Position numbers and translations under genes: made by a program. From NCBI GenBank assembly GCA_013265495.1, contig MU057989.1, positions 62,001 through 126,000 of the forward strand: 64,000 nucleotides of DNA, written 5' to 3'. Shown here piece after piece: positions 50,366 through 63,903 of this stretch; within the stretch, counting starts at the first letter, position 1; every line of letters begins with the position of its first letter. The DNA is from Vicugna vicugna (lineage: Eukaryota). Under the pieces are notes generated by a model. The model had not been told where the DNA came from, made no database searches, and saw only the letters and a program-made list of their open reading frames with translations.

Positions 50366-52189
50366 ATACAATAATAAACCCTTTATGTCTTAACATATTC
50401 CTATGGCAATTACTAATTTTCCAAAGTAAAGAAATTTAATGAGAGGAATGGCATTGTTTTACATTTTTGCAAATCTCTTTAGTGTAGGTTTAATGGAAGA
50501 TTATAGGTTCTCATATGTGCTTCGAGGCATTCAACCCATTACATGTCATGTAACCTTTGGAACATCACACAGGGACTTACTGGAACATCACACAGGGACT
50601 TACTGGAACCCCAGACTACTCTTTGAGAACAATTTCTTTACTGTAAAATTCATATTCTTCCCCTTGTAATTAATAAGTGTCTTGTGGGGAGATACCTACT
50701 TTGGGACTATGTAAATAATAGCTCCTTGTTAAACTTTCACCCTCTGTTTTTTAGCTATTGATTTTTGCCAGAATCAGTTATAACTTACGATGGTCTCTAA
50801 ATGGTGATTTTCTGCATCTTTCTTTCTGCATTTTTTTTAGTTGGCATTCTACTCTAAGAAAGAGCTTTCCTTAAGACAAAACGAGACCTGGAGATGGCTG
50901 TAGGAGAAAGGTGTGTAAACCATGATAGGAGATATATTGGAAATGGATGCAGAGAAGAGGAGGGTGAGAAGTTGAAGAAAACCAAGACGGTCTAAATATG
51001 TGAAAGAAGAGATAAATGCAATCCAGTCAGAAGCCTTCACTAAGAGATTACTCTGTATTCAATATGCGGGATAATTTCTTCCCAGCCCACACTCCCCTAA
51101 GAGAATTTTTCTTGGGCTTGTCCTAGAAAGGGTGACTCCTTTCTGATTGATGACAGGAGGTTTGCTAAAACAAGGGTCAAGCTGCCATAGTTAGAATTTC
51201 TTTCCTGGGTATTTATACGTGGGCTACAGTGTCTAAGTTTGCTGATCTTGTGCAGTCATGCTGGAAGATTTAGATTTCATGGGACAGGCATTGAAGGCAA
51301 TGTAAGAGTGGATGATTAATCAAGAAAGCTGGTCTATAGTGAGAGAAGGTGGGACAAAGCCATAATGAGGTGGCGGCGAGATGGGGGTGGGGAGGTGGGG
51401 GGAAGAAGAGAAAAGCCAACTGATGGCATTGTAAACTTGTTGTCTTTGGCTGTACTTTTTGAAGTTAGGGTCTTTGGGATGCCACTGCAACCACTTCTCA
51501 TGTTATTTTGAGTTTCTTTTCTTTATAACCAAATGAACTTAACTATTAAAAAGTTCAAGGAATTCTGAGTTTGGGAACCAGTGGAAAAAATATCCGATGT
51601 GTAGGTTGGGGATCTGCAAGGTAACTTTTTAGTTTGCTTGAAAGCCAAGATGGAAAAACATTAGTTTTCTCCAAGCATAGGGACTGAGGGTGATAGAGCT
51701 CACTTCGCAGCAGCAAATGGAAACTGACATTCAAGATTAAACCTAGACAGAGTTGGACTTGGGAGACTATGTTATATATTCATAATTGGTCTGTTTGCTT
51801 AACGTTTGTTCTCAAATGATTCTCACACTGAAGTAAAGCAAATATATGTTTTTAAGAGATATCCTTTCTCCCCATTTACTTATTTATGTCTCTATCAATC
51901 GTGAATTCTTATTTTATTCAAAGTTATAATCTGTTATCATTATTTATTTTGAATCTCAAATTGGCCTAGCTTTGAAATGGGTCATTTTAAGATTTCAATG
52001 AGGTGCGTAAGAAATTTCCTTCCGCTGGCTAAGAAAAGTAACGGGCCTAAGGATGCATTTACAAAAGTGCCTCTGCTCAGTGAGCACACAGTCAAGTACT
52101 GGGGCAGGTCTGGGGCCTCAGTTCAGCTCCCCGAACTCCCTTCTCTGAGCGCGTAGGACCCAGGTTCCCCAGTCCCTCAAGCAGGACCG

Positions 52190-52760
52190 AGCAAAGCCCG
52201 GTCCCAAGCCGCCGCCGCCCAATCCTGGGCCTGCCCCGCCTCTTTCGCGAGCCCTGGCCCCGCCTCTCCACGCCGATTGGTCAGGCAGCCAGCTAGGCAT
52301 CCAGCACAGAAGACCAGGAGAAGCGGAGTTTAACCAGGGAATGGTCCCCCGCGGCCCTGCTGCGCATGCTCGCTAGGAACCCTCTAGCGCGCTCCTAGAG
52401 GCCGGCTCCACCGCGGGGCGGCGCGAGCGGCACGGGGCTCGCTCCCGAGAGGGCGGGTGGGGGCGGGGAGTGGGCACCCGGGTTGCGGTGGGCGGAGGGG
52501 CCTGGCCTGCGAGGTCGACGCCTGTGGCTGCAGCGACCCGAGGCCAAAGGACCCGCCGCGGCTTGGTCTCCGGAGAGGGAGGGCCCCACTGCCGTCGCCG
52601 CCCGGCCAGTGCCCGGTGAGGACGGGCCCCAGCAGATCGGGGAGGGTCTGGGGCCCCTCGGCGTGGCCGCGCAACCGATCAGGCTCTCCGGGGGTCCCAA
52701 GGGCTGTTGATGCTGGGGAGGGGGTGTCTCTGAGTCCCGGCGCTCAGGCTGCCTCCTTGT
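52190..52760 (+). promoter_or_regulatory. FLYWCH1: FLYWCH1 CpG-island promoter and non-coding exon 1 (donor at 52616)
   Basis: GC boxes, inverted CCAAT near 52275, TGCGCATGC at 52361, donor CCG|GTGAGG. Paralogous to the FLYWCH2 promoter. Confidence 0.7.
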
Positions 52761-53878
52761 CTTTCACCTGCAATTCGCTGCCTCCTTTCTCCCCACCTCT
52801 CCTTCCCCCAACCCACCCGACCCTCGGACTGAGCCCTGACACCCCAAATCAGGGAACCCCACATTCGCCTACTTTTCCTTGACCCTGTTGGCCCCACCCG
52901 GTACCGCCCCGGCCCTGGCATCCACCCCAGCCCCATCCCATCTTTGCGGATCTGTAGGTCCCAGTGACCTTGCACTTTTTGCTGTTGTTACACCTTCTTC
53001 CACCGCTAAATTCCTGACTGCCTGTTGGGACTTTCAAACTTTTTTGACTCAACTTACAGTGAGAAATATATTTTACATGCCTGTAAGTGCAGGTTACTGA
53101 AAGATAAGTTTAAAGGGAGGTGCTTACCCTAACCTCACATGATCCAGCCAGATCTACTCTACGTGGGTTCTAATTCTATCCTCTTCTATTTTGTTCTATT
53201 TTATTCTACCCTATCCTATTCTGTTCTGTTCTTTCCATTCCAAAATGCTAACCCAGTCAACTGATTACAGGACCTAATGAGTCTGACCACAGTTTGAAGC
53301 CCATGCTTTAACCACCAGTCTTTTGCTTCCTTTACTCCTTGCCTTGGAGGATGCTGAGCTCCAATAATCAGATTATCATGTATAAACGTCAATTCCAAAG
53401 AAAGGGTATGTTTTTGTTGTTTTGATGCTTCTGCCTTTTAGGACCAAAATCATTTCCAGGACTTAGTTGGATTCGGTCAGGTTTATCTTGTTCCTCACCC
53501 TAAAGCTTGCAGCTGGCCTTGGGGAAGAGACAATATATGGAGGCTAGACTGTGGAGTGCTTATAACAGAGAGATGGAGACAACTTTCATTGTAGAGGAAA
53601 ATGATTAGAGTTGAGCTTTAGGAAGTCAGCGCTGTGTCGGGAGAATTGGATGCTGAGCAGGGAGATCATTAAGGAGATGGTGGGGATCGAAGCCCCGAGG
53701 TGATGTGAGGTGGGGAAGGTGGTGGAAGATGGTGTGATCAGGTGTTGAGAGATCTGGGGACACAGTAGGGTTGGCATGGGAGGCGTGAAAATAACGAAGA
53801 TTGTGATGTAGGAGGATTGCGCTGTTTGGGGGCTGGAATCTCCCTTTCTGTGTCCTCTATGTGTAAGTTGTTTTGAAA

Positions 53879-54046
53879 CAGTGATTCTCAGGGGACATTG
53901 AGCAATGTTGGTTGTCAGGATTCCATGGGTGCTACTGGCACCTAGAAGGCAGTACCACTCCTTGCTAAACATTTCACGGGACAACCCTCCACAACAAAGA
54001 ATTATCTGCTGCAAAATGTCAGCGATACTGAGGTTGAGAAGCCGTG
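53879..54046. mobile_element. MER20-like MITE
   Basis: cagtgattctcaggggacatt..tgctactggca..acaacaaagaattatct..aaatgtc..tgaggttgagaa. Confidence 0.75.
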
Positions 54047-55879
54047 CTTTGGAGTAGAATTCTTTGGAGGGATCACTGCCACCTTCAGCCTCTCCCAGGA
54101 ATCATGCCTGTATGCACACTCAGAGATTGCACGTAACCATAGGAAGGTCCATGAGCCAGTCAGTGTGCACCTCTAAACTTCAGAGCTCGTCAGTGGCAGG
54201 TGGTGGGGGACAGCTTTTGGAATCATCCAGAAGCTTTTGCAAATATCAGGACCTTCTCTCCTGCCCCTTGCACTATTCAGAACCGCTGCTGGGCTTGGAC
54301 AAAACACTCCTTGTTCTTACATGATGATTCACAGCTTATAGAAGAATTTCACATACAGTCTTTCATTTGCTGCTTTTCCTGTTTCACAGGTGAAATCAGC
54401 CCAGAAAAGTGATGGGATTTGCCCCAGGTCTTCCACCCAGCAAGCCAGCGTTAAGGACGGGTGTTGGTGGATGGTGATGGTCATTCTCAGTCTCGTGTAT
54501 GAAGGTAATTCTGTTGATCTACCATCAGCTGCCCAGCAAGGCTCTGTGGTTCAGGATCTTAGGGCTTGGAGCCACTGGTGTCTGAGAGGCATCTCACAGC
54601 TCGTAATATTGTGTGTCTCTTGGGAGTTAGGTTCATCAGAGCAGGCAGTCTTGAGTACTTCAGTTTGGGGGCAGGAAAAGAGCACAGAGATTGATGAACC
54701 ATGAAGTGTGAGGCTCTGGTACTTTCCATTTACATCTGCCTGACTAGAAAATACTCTAGCCACTCAATGAATCCTTACTGAGTAAAGATTGAATATTATA
54801 AAGTAAACACATTAGAGCCCAAGTATTTACCTCAAAACAACACCATCTGAAATTTAAAAAATACATTTAAATCCACCTAGATAAATATACAAGTGTATAA
54901 GAAATTGAAGTTTCATAAAATAATACTCTCTTTTGTTGCATGCAATGCAGATTGGTTATTTCCTGTGTAATTTTAACAATTGCTGACTAGAACCCAAAGA
55001 TTATAAAACCAGTGACCAGGGAGATTTGAAAAGCAGAGACTTAGACCAAAACAAAGGAAATAAAACTCTTCCACACAGAAAGAAAATGAACGTGCGTGAA
55101 AGTTTTTACTTAACTCATCAATCAAATAACTGGCAAGATCTTACAACCAGTTACAAGAGAATCCAGAGAAGATTCTAGAAGCTGTAGGTCAGACATATTG
55201 ACATGAATGTATACATGGAGACAAAACTGGCTTCTTCCAGGACAGGAGAAATTACTTACCTGCCTATACTTATTTACACGGAGAGAAGGGGAGAATGTGT
55301 CTGTAGACTAGAATTATTTTGCGTTGTTCTGTCATCTGTACAGAGCTGCAAAAACAGCTCAAATGTAGTAAATGACTAGACTCTAAAAGGCTATGTTCTA
55401 CACAAAGCACAGTTTTCCACTGAAGCACAAATTTCCCCTCTGATCTCATAATCTCAATGAAAGACAGTTTTTCTACTTTTTATTTATTTTTTATTTCTTA
55501 AGAAGCCAAGTTTTGTTTAATTGTTAAATATACAATACATACAAAAAGTATATGTATAATTTTAAGACAAATAAAATGAATACCCATATATCCTCTATGC
55601 AGTTAAAGAATCAGTTATTACTGGGCCTTCAAAGTCCCACCCCAACCATCTGTTCCCCTACCCCAAAGGAAATCATTATCCTAAATTTTCTGTTAATTAT
55701 TCTTTTAGAACTTGCTGTATATGTGGGAGTCTCTACTTAATGTACTATCTCATTTTTTCCTGTTTTTAAACTACATAGTTGGCCTCTGACTGCATATATT
55801 CATCTCTGACTTGGTTCTTTCATTTAATATTGTTTTATGATTCATCCATGTTGATACTTGTAATTATAATTCAACTAAC

Positions 55880-55971
55880 TTTTTCTTTTTTGATGGCAGT
55901 ACTGGGGATTGAACCCAGGACCTCCATGCATGCTAAGTATGCACTCTACCACTGAGCTATACCCTCCCCCC
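55880..55971 (-). mobile_element. Vic-1-like SINE
   Basis: gtactggggattgaacccaggacctccatgcatgctaag..actgagctataccctcccc. Confidence 0.85.
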
Positions 55972-56778
55972 TCAATGAAAGTCATTTTTTATGTTGATAT
56001 GAGGCTGGTCCCATGAGATTTGGCCTGACTATTTACACAGATGTGGCAGGCACGTTAATTCACTTCCTGGGCCTTCTTGAATTTGCTTTGCTGGAAGTCT
56101 CCATAAGGAATCTCAGATTCGATTTTTTAAAGTCTGATATTTATTATTCCTAGGTGCTAAAGCCATGTCCAGCAAGCTCTCGCCCCCAGATTTCACCTGT
56201 ACTGCTTAAAAATTTGGGCAAAGTCCACCCTCCTTGAGGTCCCCCAAATACCTTAATGTGTCTGCAACTTGTTAAATTGTTAAAGGATCGTTTTAGAAAG
56301 ATGCAGTCATGACTCTCCCGCTGATATAAAATAAATGGTACTGATTTTATTTAACACCTTGATGAGGAAACCTACAGGATGTGACAGATTCAATGCGATA
56401 ATGCATGTAAAACACTTCATGTGGTGCTGGTACAAAGAAAACCTCAAATCCTTCTTAGGTTAATCACTTAGCTTTGGGCTTCCTAACGTCTGTTCCAGTG
56501 TTTCTCAGAGCAGAGCTCATGATCCACCAGTACGAGAGCCTCACGGGGTACTTGTTAAAAATCCAGAATCTTGAATTCTGCTCTAGACCCGCCGGCAGAA
56601 TTTCAGATGAGAAATCCAGGCATCTGCATTTTTATCAAGTGTCCTGGGTAATTCTTAATGGAGACGAGAATTCCATATGCAAATAACTGAAATAAAAGTT
56701 TCGTGAACATTGTACTTAACTTCATCTGTGGGTGCGCTCTTTATGTTCTGTTTCATTTTTTAAAATACTGCTCTTAAG

Positions 56779-56991
56779 CCGGGTTTCTTAACCTTGGTCC
56801 TGCTGCTGTTTTGGACCAGATCCTTCCTTGTGGGAGTGGTGGGCACCATGGGACGTTGAGCAGCTTCCTTGTCCCCCACCCCTCAGATGCCAGTAGCGTG
56901 TCCTGCCCCCCAGTTGCAACAACTAAAAATGTCTCCTGACATAGCCAAATGTTGCCTGGGGGCTCAGATCACCCTGACTAAGAACCACCAG
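56779..56991. mobile_element. MER20-like MITE
   Basis: gggtttcttaacctt..agatgccagtagc..aaaaatgtctcc..agaaccacca. Confidence 0.75.
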
Positions 56992-58094
56992 TCTTAACCC
57001 GCTACATTGATAACTATAGGTCAGAATCCTCACTTTGAAAATAAAGATTAAATTTATTTTAAGATTTTAAGCCCTGAAAACAGACACAGGAGGCTTGAAG
57101 GCTGACTCTGCCCTTTAGTGGCCTGGATCTTGGTCACTGGAACCTAAGATTAAGCCTTGGGTTCCTCCTCTGTAAATGAGAGAACAGTGGATCTAACTGA
57201 TGAAGGCATTTGGAAGATAAGATGAAATAATGCCTTCCAGGCCGTAGCCTGGTGCAGGTGCCTCGTTGGTATTCGGTGAATAGGAAATGTTGTGATTATA
57301 ATCCTTTAGACTCTGAAGCATGTGTGATGAGAATCCAACTGGAGAAAAGAAACTACTGTGAGATTTCAACTGGTAATTTCATTGCTCTGCCTGGTGGTGG
57401 AAGAGCTGAGAAGCCCAACAGAAAGTGGTGAGCAGCCTGGGGATTAGCAGAGGCTGGACACAGCCACCACAGCTGGGTGAGGGGACCCAGCAAAGCTGGA
57501 ATAGACAGCGCGAGTGGAGCCACGCCAGGCAGGTTGCTTCGAGGACACCCTCTTTGCTCTCCATCCACCCTCCCGTCTCCCAGGGTGCCTCCCATTGACC
57601 AGGTCAGCTGGGAGCCACTGACCCAAACCATCAACTAGCTAGTTAGGAGGGCCGATCACTGCAGCTGATGACAGACTCAAGGCCTGACTGCAGCTCTGCA
57701 ACTGGCCCGTCTTACTTGAAGCCTCAGCTACTCAGGGCAGAGGAGGCACCCCATTAGCTCTGGACCAGCTGGGCCTGGGTTGGAGTCCGGACTCTCATTA
57801 CCTTTGGGCCACTCACTTCAGGTCTGAGCCTCAGTTTCCCCAGAAGCAGAGCAGGGATGATGGTGGCACTTGGAAGGGAGATTGTTGAGTTCCTGTATGG
57901 AAGGTACAGGCTGCCACCATAGGATTTTTGTTCCTGGTTCTCCCAGCTCCAGGACCAACCACATGGCTCTGAGCAGATGTTCTCTTGTCCCTTCCCCTCT
58001 CCCCTCTCCCCTCTCTCCCCCTTCTACCCAGGACACCTCTGGGTCACTTATTTTCTCTGTCAACTTCCATTTTGAAAACTTGGGTTTTTGAAAA

Positions 58095-58690
58095 CCTTTT
58101 ATTTTGAGTTAATTTTAGACTTTTCAAAAAACTGCAAAAATAGTGCAAAGAATTCCCATATACCCATCACTAAGTCTCCCTGAATGTCAGCATCTTGCCT
58201 AACGTTGTGCAGTGATCAAATCCAGTAAAGCAACATCGATACAATACCATTAACCTAAACTCTTGACCTTATTCAGATTTCACCAGCTTTCCGCCTTGTG
58301 TCCTTTTTCTGTTCCAGGATCCCACATCGCATTGAGTCCTTGTGTCTCCCTGGTCCCCTCCAGTCTGTGACAAGACCTCAGCCTTCCCTTGTCTTCAATG
58401 ACCGTGACACTTTTGAAGTGTCCTGGTCAGTTGTTTTGTAGAATGTCCCTCCATGTGGCTTGTCTGATTAGAATAGGGGTGTGCCTTCTGGGCAGGAAGA
58501 ACAAAGATGATGTTGTGTCCTCCTCAGTGCATTTATTAAGGAGGTCACAGTGTTGATGTGTTTTATTACTGGTGAAGTTGACTTTGAGCACTTAAGGGTG
58601 TGCCTGTGGGGTGTCTCCACTGTCAAGTCATTACCTTTCCCCCTGTAATTAATAAGTATCTTGGGGGAAATATCTTTGAGGTTCTGCAAG
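58095..58690 (-). mobile_element. L1MC/ME-like 3' fragment
   Basis: ttttattttgagttaattttagact..gttgttttgtagaatgtccctc. Confidence 0.7.
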
Positions 58691-59844
58691 TCCCACAACA
58701 GAGATTGTAAAGTACTTGACTTTCATTCCTTTCTCTGTCCCATAGTCTGTATTACTCTTTGTTTTCTTGGGTGATACATGTTGCATAGGAATGGAATCCC
58801 TGCTTTTCCAGGGAGTTATGGAGTTAAAGAAAAAAATCATCAAGCAAGGAGATGCAGCTTATCTTTAAAGTGTTTTTTTGAAAAAAAAAAAAGGTTAATA
58901 CTTTCCCACTGTAAAGAGTTCATACACACTGTAAAACAATTTTCAGAAAACAAAAGAAATTTAAGGAAAAAAATAAATCGCTTTTTTTTAAAACAACTTT
59001 TAACCTTTTGAGATGTTTCCTCCTAGTTATTTAAGGGTTTTTTTTAGCTACAAATATATAAAATAAAATTAGTTGATAAATAACAAATGTGATCAGAGTG
59101 GAGAAGAGACAGAAGAAATGAGGTGGATTGAGGTCTAGAGGTTGTGTCAGTGTCCAAGTGGTATTTTGGTCTTTTGTTTTTTCTTTTTCTTTTTAAATTT
59201 AGTCTTTGTTAATTGGATTTTGCTTTCTACCTAATATATTTTGTAAATACAAGCGTTTTTTGGAAGTCTTCTTGAATTATTTGTCCGATAGGGAAAAACT
59301 CCCAAATTCTTGTTTTGGAACCATTGTGGTGCATTTAATTTTACCAAGGATGATTGCTGTATGTACGTTTCAAGGGACAACATCGCCATCTTGTGGCCCG
59401 CTATAGTATTGCTCCTGAGGATTTAGATCTGCGTTCGTGTTAGGAGCCTGCATTACGTAATGCCCTTTACTAGGGCTCCATCTGGCCTGCAGGTGGGGGC
59501 TTCCCACTTTAAAGAGGAATAAGATAACAAACACCATATTGAACACACATGTGTGCAACAGAAATTTAAGTGTAAACCAAAGGGGCTAATACAAAAATTC
59601 GAGGGGCAGGATCCTGGGTGATTTAGGAGTATTATGTTCTTAACATTTTAAAAATGTTTTCTATATAGTTTTTACAATATAATACTAGAAACTTACAAAA
59701 TATCTCAATATATAATCCATGCCACCCCTCTCCTTTGGTGAGAAAACCAAGCCCAGGAGTGAGAAGCCTGTTTATGGTGTAGAAAACTGTTTTTTATCCG
59801 AGTGACTCTGGGGATGTGAGTCATATCTATAAGGATTTTTTAAA

Positions 59845-60465
59845 AACAACTTTATTGAGATATGTTTCATATACCATACAGTCCCCTGATCTACAGGGTA
59901 TAATTCAGTGTTTTTAGTGTATTCACAAGAGTTGTGCAACAATCACCACAATCAACTTTCTGTTTTCATTATCCCAAAAAGAAACCCCACATCTCTTAGT
60001 GTCACTCCCTAATCTCCCCCTCCCTCCCCTCCAGCTTCTGACAACCACTAATCTACTTTTTAAAAAAATTTTTTATTGAAGTATAGTCGATTTACAATGT
60101 TGTGTTAATTTTTGGTGTACAGCATAGTGATTCAGTTATACATATATATATACACATTTCTTTTGATATTCTTTTTCATCATAGGCCATTACAAAGCATT
60201 AAATATAGTTTCCTGTGCTATACAGTAGGACCTTGTTGTGTATCTGTTTATATACAGTAGTTAGTACACTAATCTACTTTCTGTCTCTATGGATGTGCCT
60301 GTACTGGACATCTTACATAAGTGGAATCAGACAACATGCTGTCTTTTGTGTCAGGCATCCTTCACTGAATGTACCGTCTTCAAGGTTCATTCACCCTGTA
60401 ACATGTATCAGAACTTCATTCCTTTTTAAAGCAGAATAAATTCCATTGTATGGATAGACCACATA
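59845..60465 (-). mobile_element. L1MB-like fragment with a nested younger L1 3' end (60060-60266)
   Basis: Nested insertion flanked by a 14-bp TSD, cactaatctacttt, at 60046-60059 and 60267-60280. Confidence 0.8.
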
Positions 60466-61544
60466 CAGTCCAGAGCAGGTGTTTTGGAAGGAAACATGGG
60501 TTATGGATCAACCCAGCTGGTGCTGATCCTGGATGGTGGCCAAAGAGGAGAGTGGCGTGTGCAGAGTTGGGGGGACATCTGCCAGGCAGTCTGGGTGAGA
60601 AGGAGGTAGTTTAGACTGTTCTTGCAAAGTCCAACTGTTGAGGGAAGGAGAGATTTTTGGTAGGTTTTGCTTTGGGATACAGGAGACCTAAGAAACTTGA
60701 GACCTGAGAACCCTAAATGCAAAGAATCAGAGAAGGCAGAGAGGTTTGGAGACCAGAGACAGCAGGATATGAATGATGGAGAAGGGGTCCCAGAGAGAGA
60801 AGGGGAGGGGAACTCAAGGGAACTGGATGGAGACACTTCATTTTCCAAATCAGGATATAATTTGTATGCTTTCTTCATCCAGACAGTGAAGAGTCATAAG
60901 AGCTTATGAAGCACCTATCCTCAGTGGAAATCATGAAAGAGATTTTTAAAAAACTGTAAAATTCTGAATCATGGACGGATAATCAGAAATCTGCATTGTA
61001 TGCAGAATCTCATTCACCAGTGTTAGGTAGATGGGACATTACTAAATGTAGTGTGTTACAGATTTTTTTTTTTTGCACGTGTGGTAAAATATACAGAAAA
61101 AATATACCATGTTAATCATTTTTAGTGTACAGTTCTGTGGCATTAAGTACCTTCAAATCATTGTGCAACCATCACCACTGTCCATCTTTTCATCATCCCA
61201 AACTGTAACAGCATATCCATTAAATACTCCCCACTCCTCCTCCCCAGCCCCTCGCAACTACCATCTGAATTTCTCTCTCTGTGAATTTGATTACTCTAGC
61301 TACATCATGTAAGTGGAATCTCACAGCGTTTGTCCTTTTGTGTCTGGCTTATTTCATGTTACAGACTTTTAAAATATGCAGCTCTCATTTGCTCATTTGC
61401 TGTCCTTTATACTTAATGTCTATGTTCCTGTCACTGGGTTACCAGCCCTTTAAACACGATCATTTTGATATGGGATATTTCACAACCATTAAGTATTATT
61501 CCATCTATCAAAAAGCCAAAACCTATTGGGTTCAGTTACTTGCC

Positions 61545-61945
61545 AAGAATGTCTATTACTGCTGTGTAACAAATGAGCCATGATCTTGCTGGCTTAAAAT
61601 AACAGTAGTTTATTATTGATCAGGTTTCCATGGGGTGCCTGGGCTGGTTCCCCTAGGCTCCTTCTTGTGGCTACAAACAGCTAAGGGGTCTACTGAGCTG
61701 GTCAGTGCAGATGGTTTCTCTCCATGCCCCGCAGCACCTCCATCCCCTACATGTGGCCTCTCATTCAGTTTCCTTCCCTGGAGTCTCAGGGTCATGTCCA
61801 TAAGGGTGGGGGCTTCCAAACCCCCACAGTGGGCTTCTGTCATACTCTATTAGTTACAGCAAGTGACCAATCTGGGCTGAAGACCAATCCAGATTCAAGG
61901 CCACATTGCAAAGGAGCCATTATACTTTATGGAAGGATTTGTGGT
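61545..61945 (-). mobile_element. MLT1-like LTR
   Basis: ctattactgctgtgtaacaaa..ggcttaaaataaca..cttctgtcatactctatt..cccagattcaagg-like segment. Confidence 0.6.
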
Positions 61946-62469
61946 CAGTAAACAATCAACACGTTAAGTCCCTTATGTGGTTGAGAATGGGAACTGTCAA
62001 TCAAATCTAAATTTTAGCCCAATGTGAGTACCCATGACTTTACACAGCCTGTGGTCAGCCACAGTTCAAGGTCTTTTGTTGTACTGGAACTTTTCCCATA
62101 TCCCTTGAGGTATATGGATACCTTAAGCCTTTTAAACAAATTTTAGTTGAGAAAATTACACTGTCTCCTGACTCAGGTTACCCATGACTCTGGGTACAGT
62201 TCCACGGGAATCGTGGGGGCTATTTGCCATGCCAACCTGCGCTGGTCATGGTTGGTCATACCAACCCTCGCTGGTCTGGAGGAGGCCAGGTTTCAGCTTC
62301 TGGTCGTCTGAGACTGAGGCGATTGGTGTGTAGGGGTCCCTGCAGCCTCCACTCCTGTCCGTTGCAAGGCAGGGACCGACGGCCAGGTCCTGTAGGAATG
62401 TGCGTGCTGGGTGAACAGTGACCGCAACGTTTTGGTGGCCTGAGTTGTCTGAAAGGCCTTCTGTGGAAG

Positions 62470-62850
62470 GGAGGGCCGGCTTCTCCGCACCCTTACGCCC
62501 TGTCGATGGAGGACGCAGGGAGGTTAAGGAATCGAGCCCGCGTTCCTTTGCCCTGGGACCGGAGCACAGCAGCCCCGGAGGCGGGCTACCGGAGGGTGAG
62601 CGCCGGGGCCAATCAGCGTGCGAGGGCGGGGTGGCCTGAGGGCGGGGCCTCCCCGTAACCCTTTCCTGCCCGAGCGGCTCTGCCTGCGAAGGCGCAGGCG
62701 CTGTCTTACTGCGGTGGCCCCCAAGTCCCCTGTACCGCCATGTCGTCCTGTGGAGCGGAATGGGGAGGACCGGGAAGGACCGCACAAGAGGAGCAGAGGT
62801 TGGGTTGTCCAGAGGCCGGACCAGGACGAGAAGGATAACGCTGGAAGTGT
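62470..62850 (+). promoter_or_regulatory. Intronic CpG-rich element, candidate alternative FLYWCH1 promoter
   Basis: GCCAATCAG near 62608 followed by two GGGCGGGG boxes. Local CpG enrichment. Confidence 0.5.
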
Positions 62851-63903
62851 CCCGTTACCTGAATTTCCATGAGTCTCGCCCCTCAGGACAGGGATTCGCT
62901 GCTGCCCGGGGCTGAGCGGGCGTGTAGGGCATGGGTGTTGGGGAGAAGTTGCAGGGGACGTGGCGCCCTTCTGGCCTTCAGCCTTGGCTGTGTGTCTACG
63001 AGGACCTAGGGGCCCCGCGCTTGGACTGACAGACCTTGGGGAGCTGAATGTGGGCCCCAGGCCACAAACTGTCAGAACAGAAGTGAAGGGCGGGGGTATT
63101 GGAAACGCAGAACTTGGGGTAGGGGTGACAGCTCACAGGCTGGAAAACTGAAACGTGAGGAAAGGCCATAGGCTGTTTCTGGGCTATTGCTGAGAGGTGG
63201 GAAAGACCCTGACATGCACCCACCATCCAGTCCCCGAGAAGACAAACCCCACACTGATGCCCCAGGGCCCGGGTCTCCAGGCCATCCCTGCCCCTGGAAT
63301 CCATCCTTTTTGCTTCTCCAGACCAGAAGTCAGGGAGCCTTCAGCGACCACGGATTCCCTGGACACCCCTACAGCCCTGTACCCACTCAGCTGAGGCAGC
63401 GCCAGCACCAACTCGGACAAGGTCGCTGCCCTCATGGGGCCTTGGCATCCCGTGATCCTCTGGCCTGGGATGGGGGCTGGATGTAGTTGTGAATCCAGAG
63501 AGTCCCGCCTCCCAGGGCCAGGCTCAGAGTAACTCACAGCTGTCAGTACCTTGGTCACCCCAGCAGCCCCTTGAGAACCCTGTATTTGGCACATTTTACA
63601 GACAGAGAAAGAGGTTTGGTCAGGGAGGTGCCAGACCCAAGGCAGCCAAGAGAGCAGATGCACTGGCCTAGAATTCTCTAGCTCCGTTCAGGTCCTCCCC
63701 CACCTCTCAGCCCCTGGTGCCCTGACCACTACCCTAGATCTATTTTCCTGAACCCAGACGCAAGGGCACCTCCACTGATGGGATTTTCCCTCCTCCCTTA
63801 GGACAGAGCCCCTGGACTGCCAGGTTCCTCGCCGAGGAGGTGGAGGAGAAATCCATCAGCTGGAGCCTGAGCGTGGCCTAAGGGCCAGGCCATCAGTCCC
63901 GGG

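Noticed and set aside
55040..56270. Possible ERV-like internal fragments
   Set aside because: The resemblance is too weak to name a family or set boundaries without RepeatMasker.
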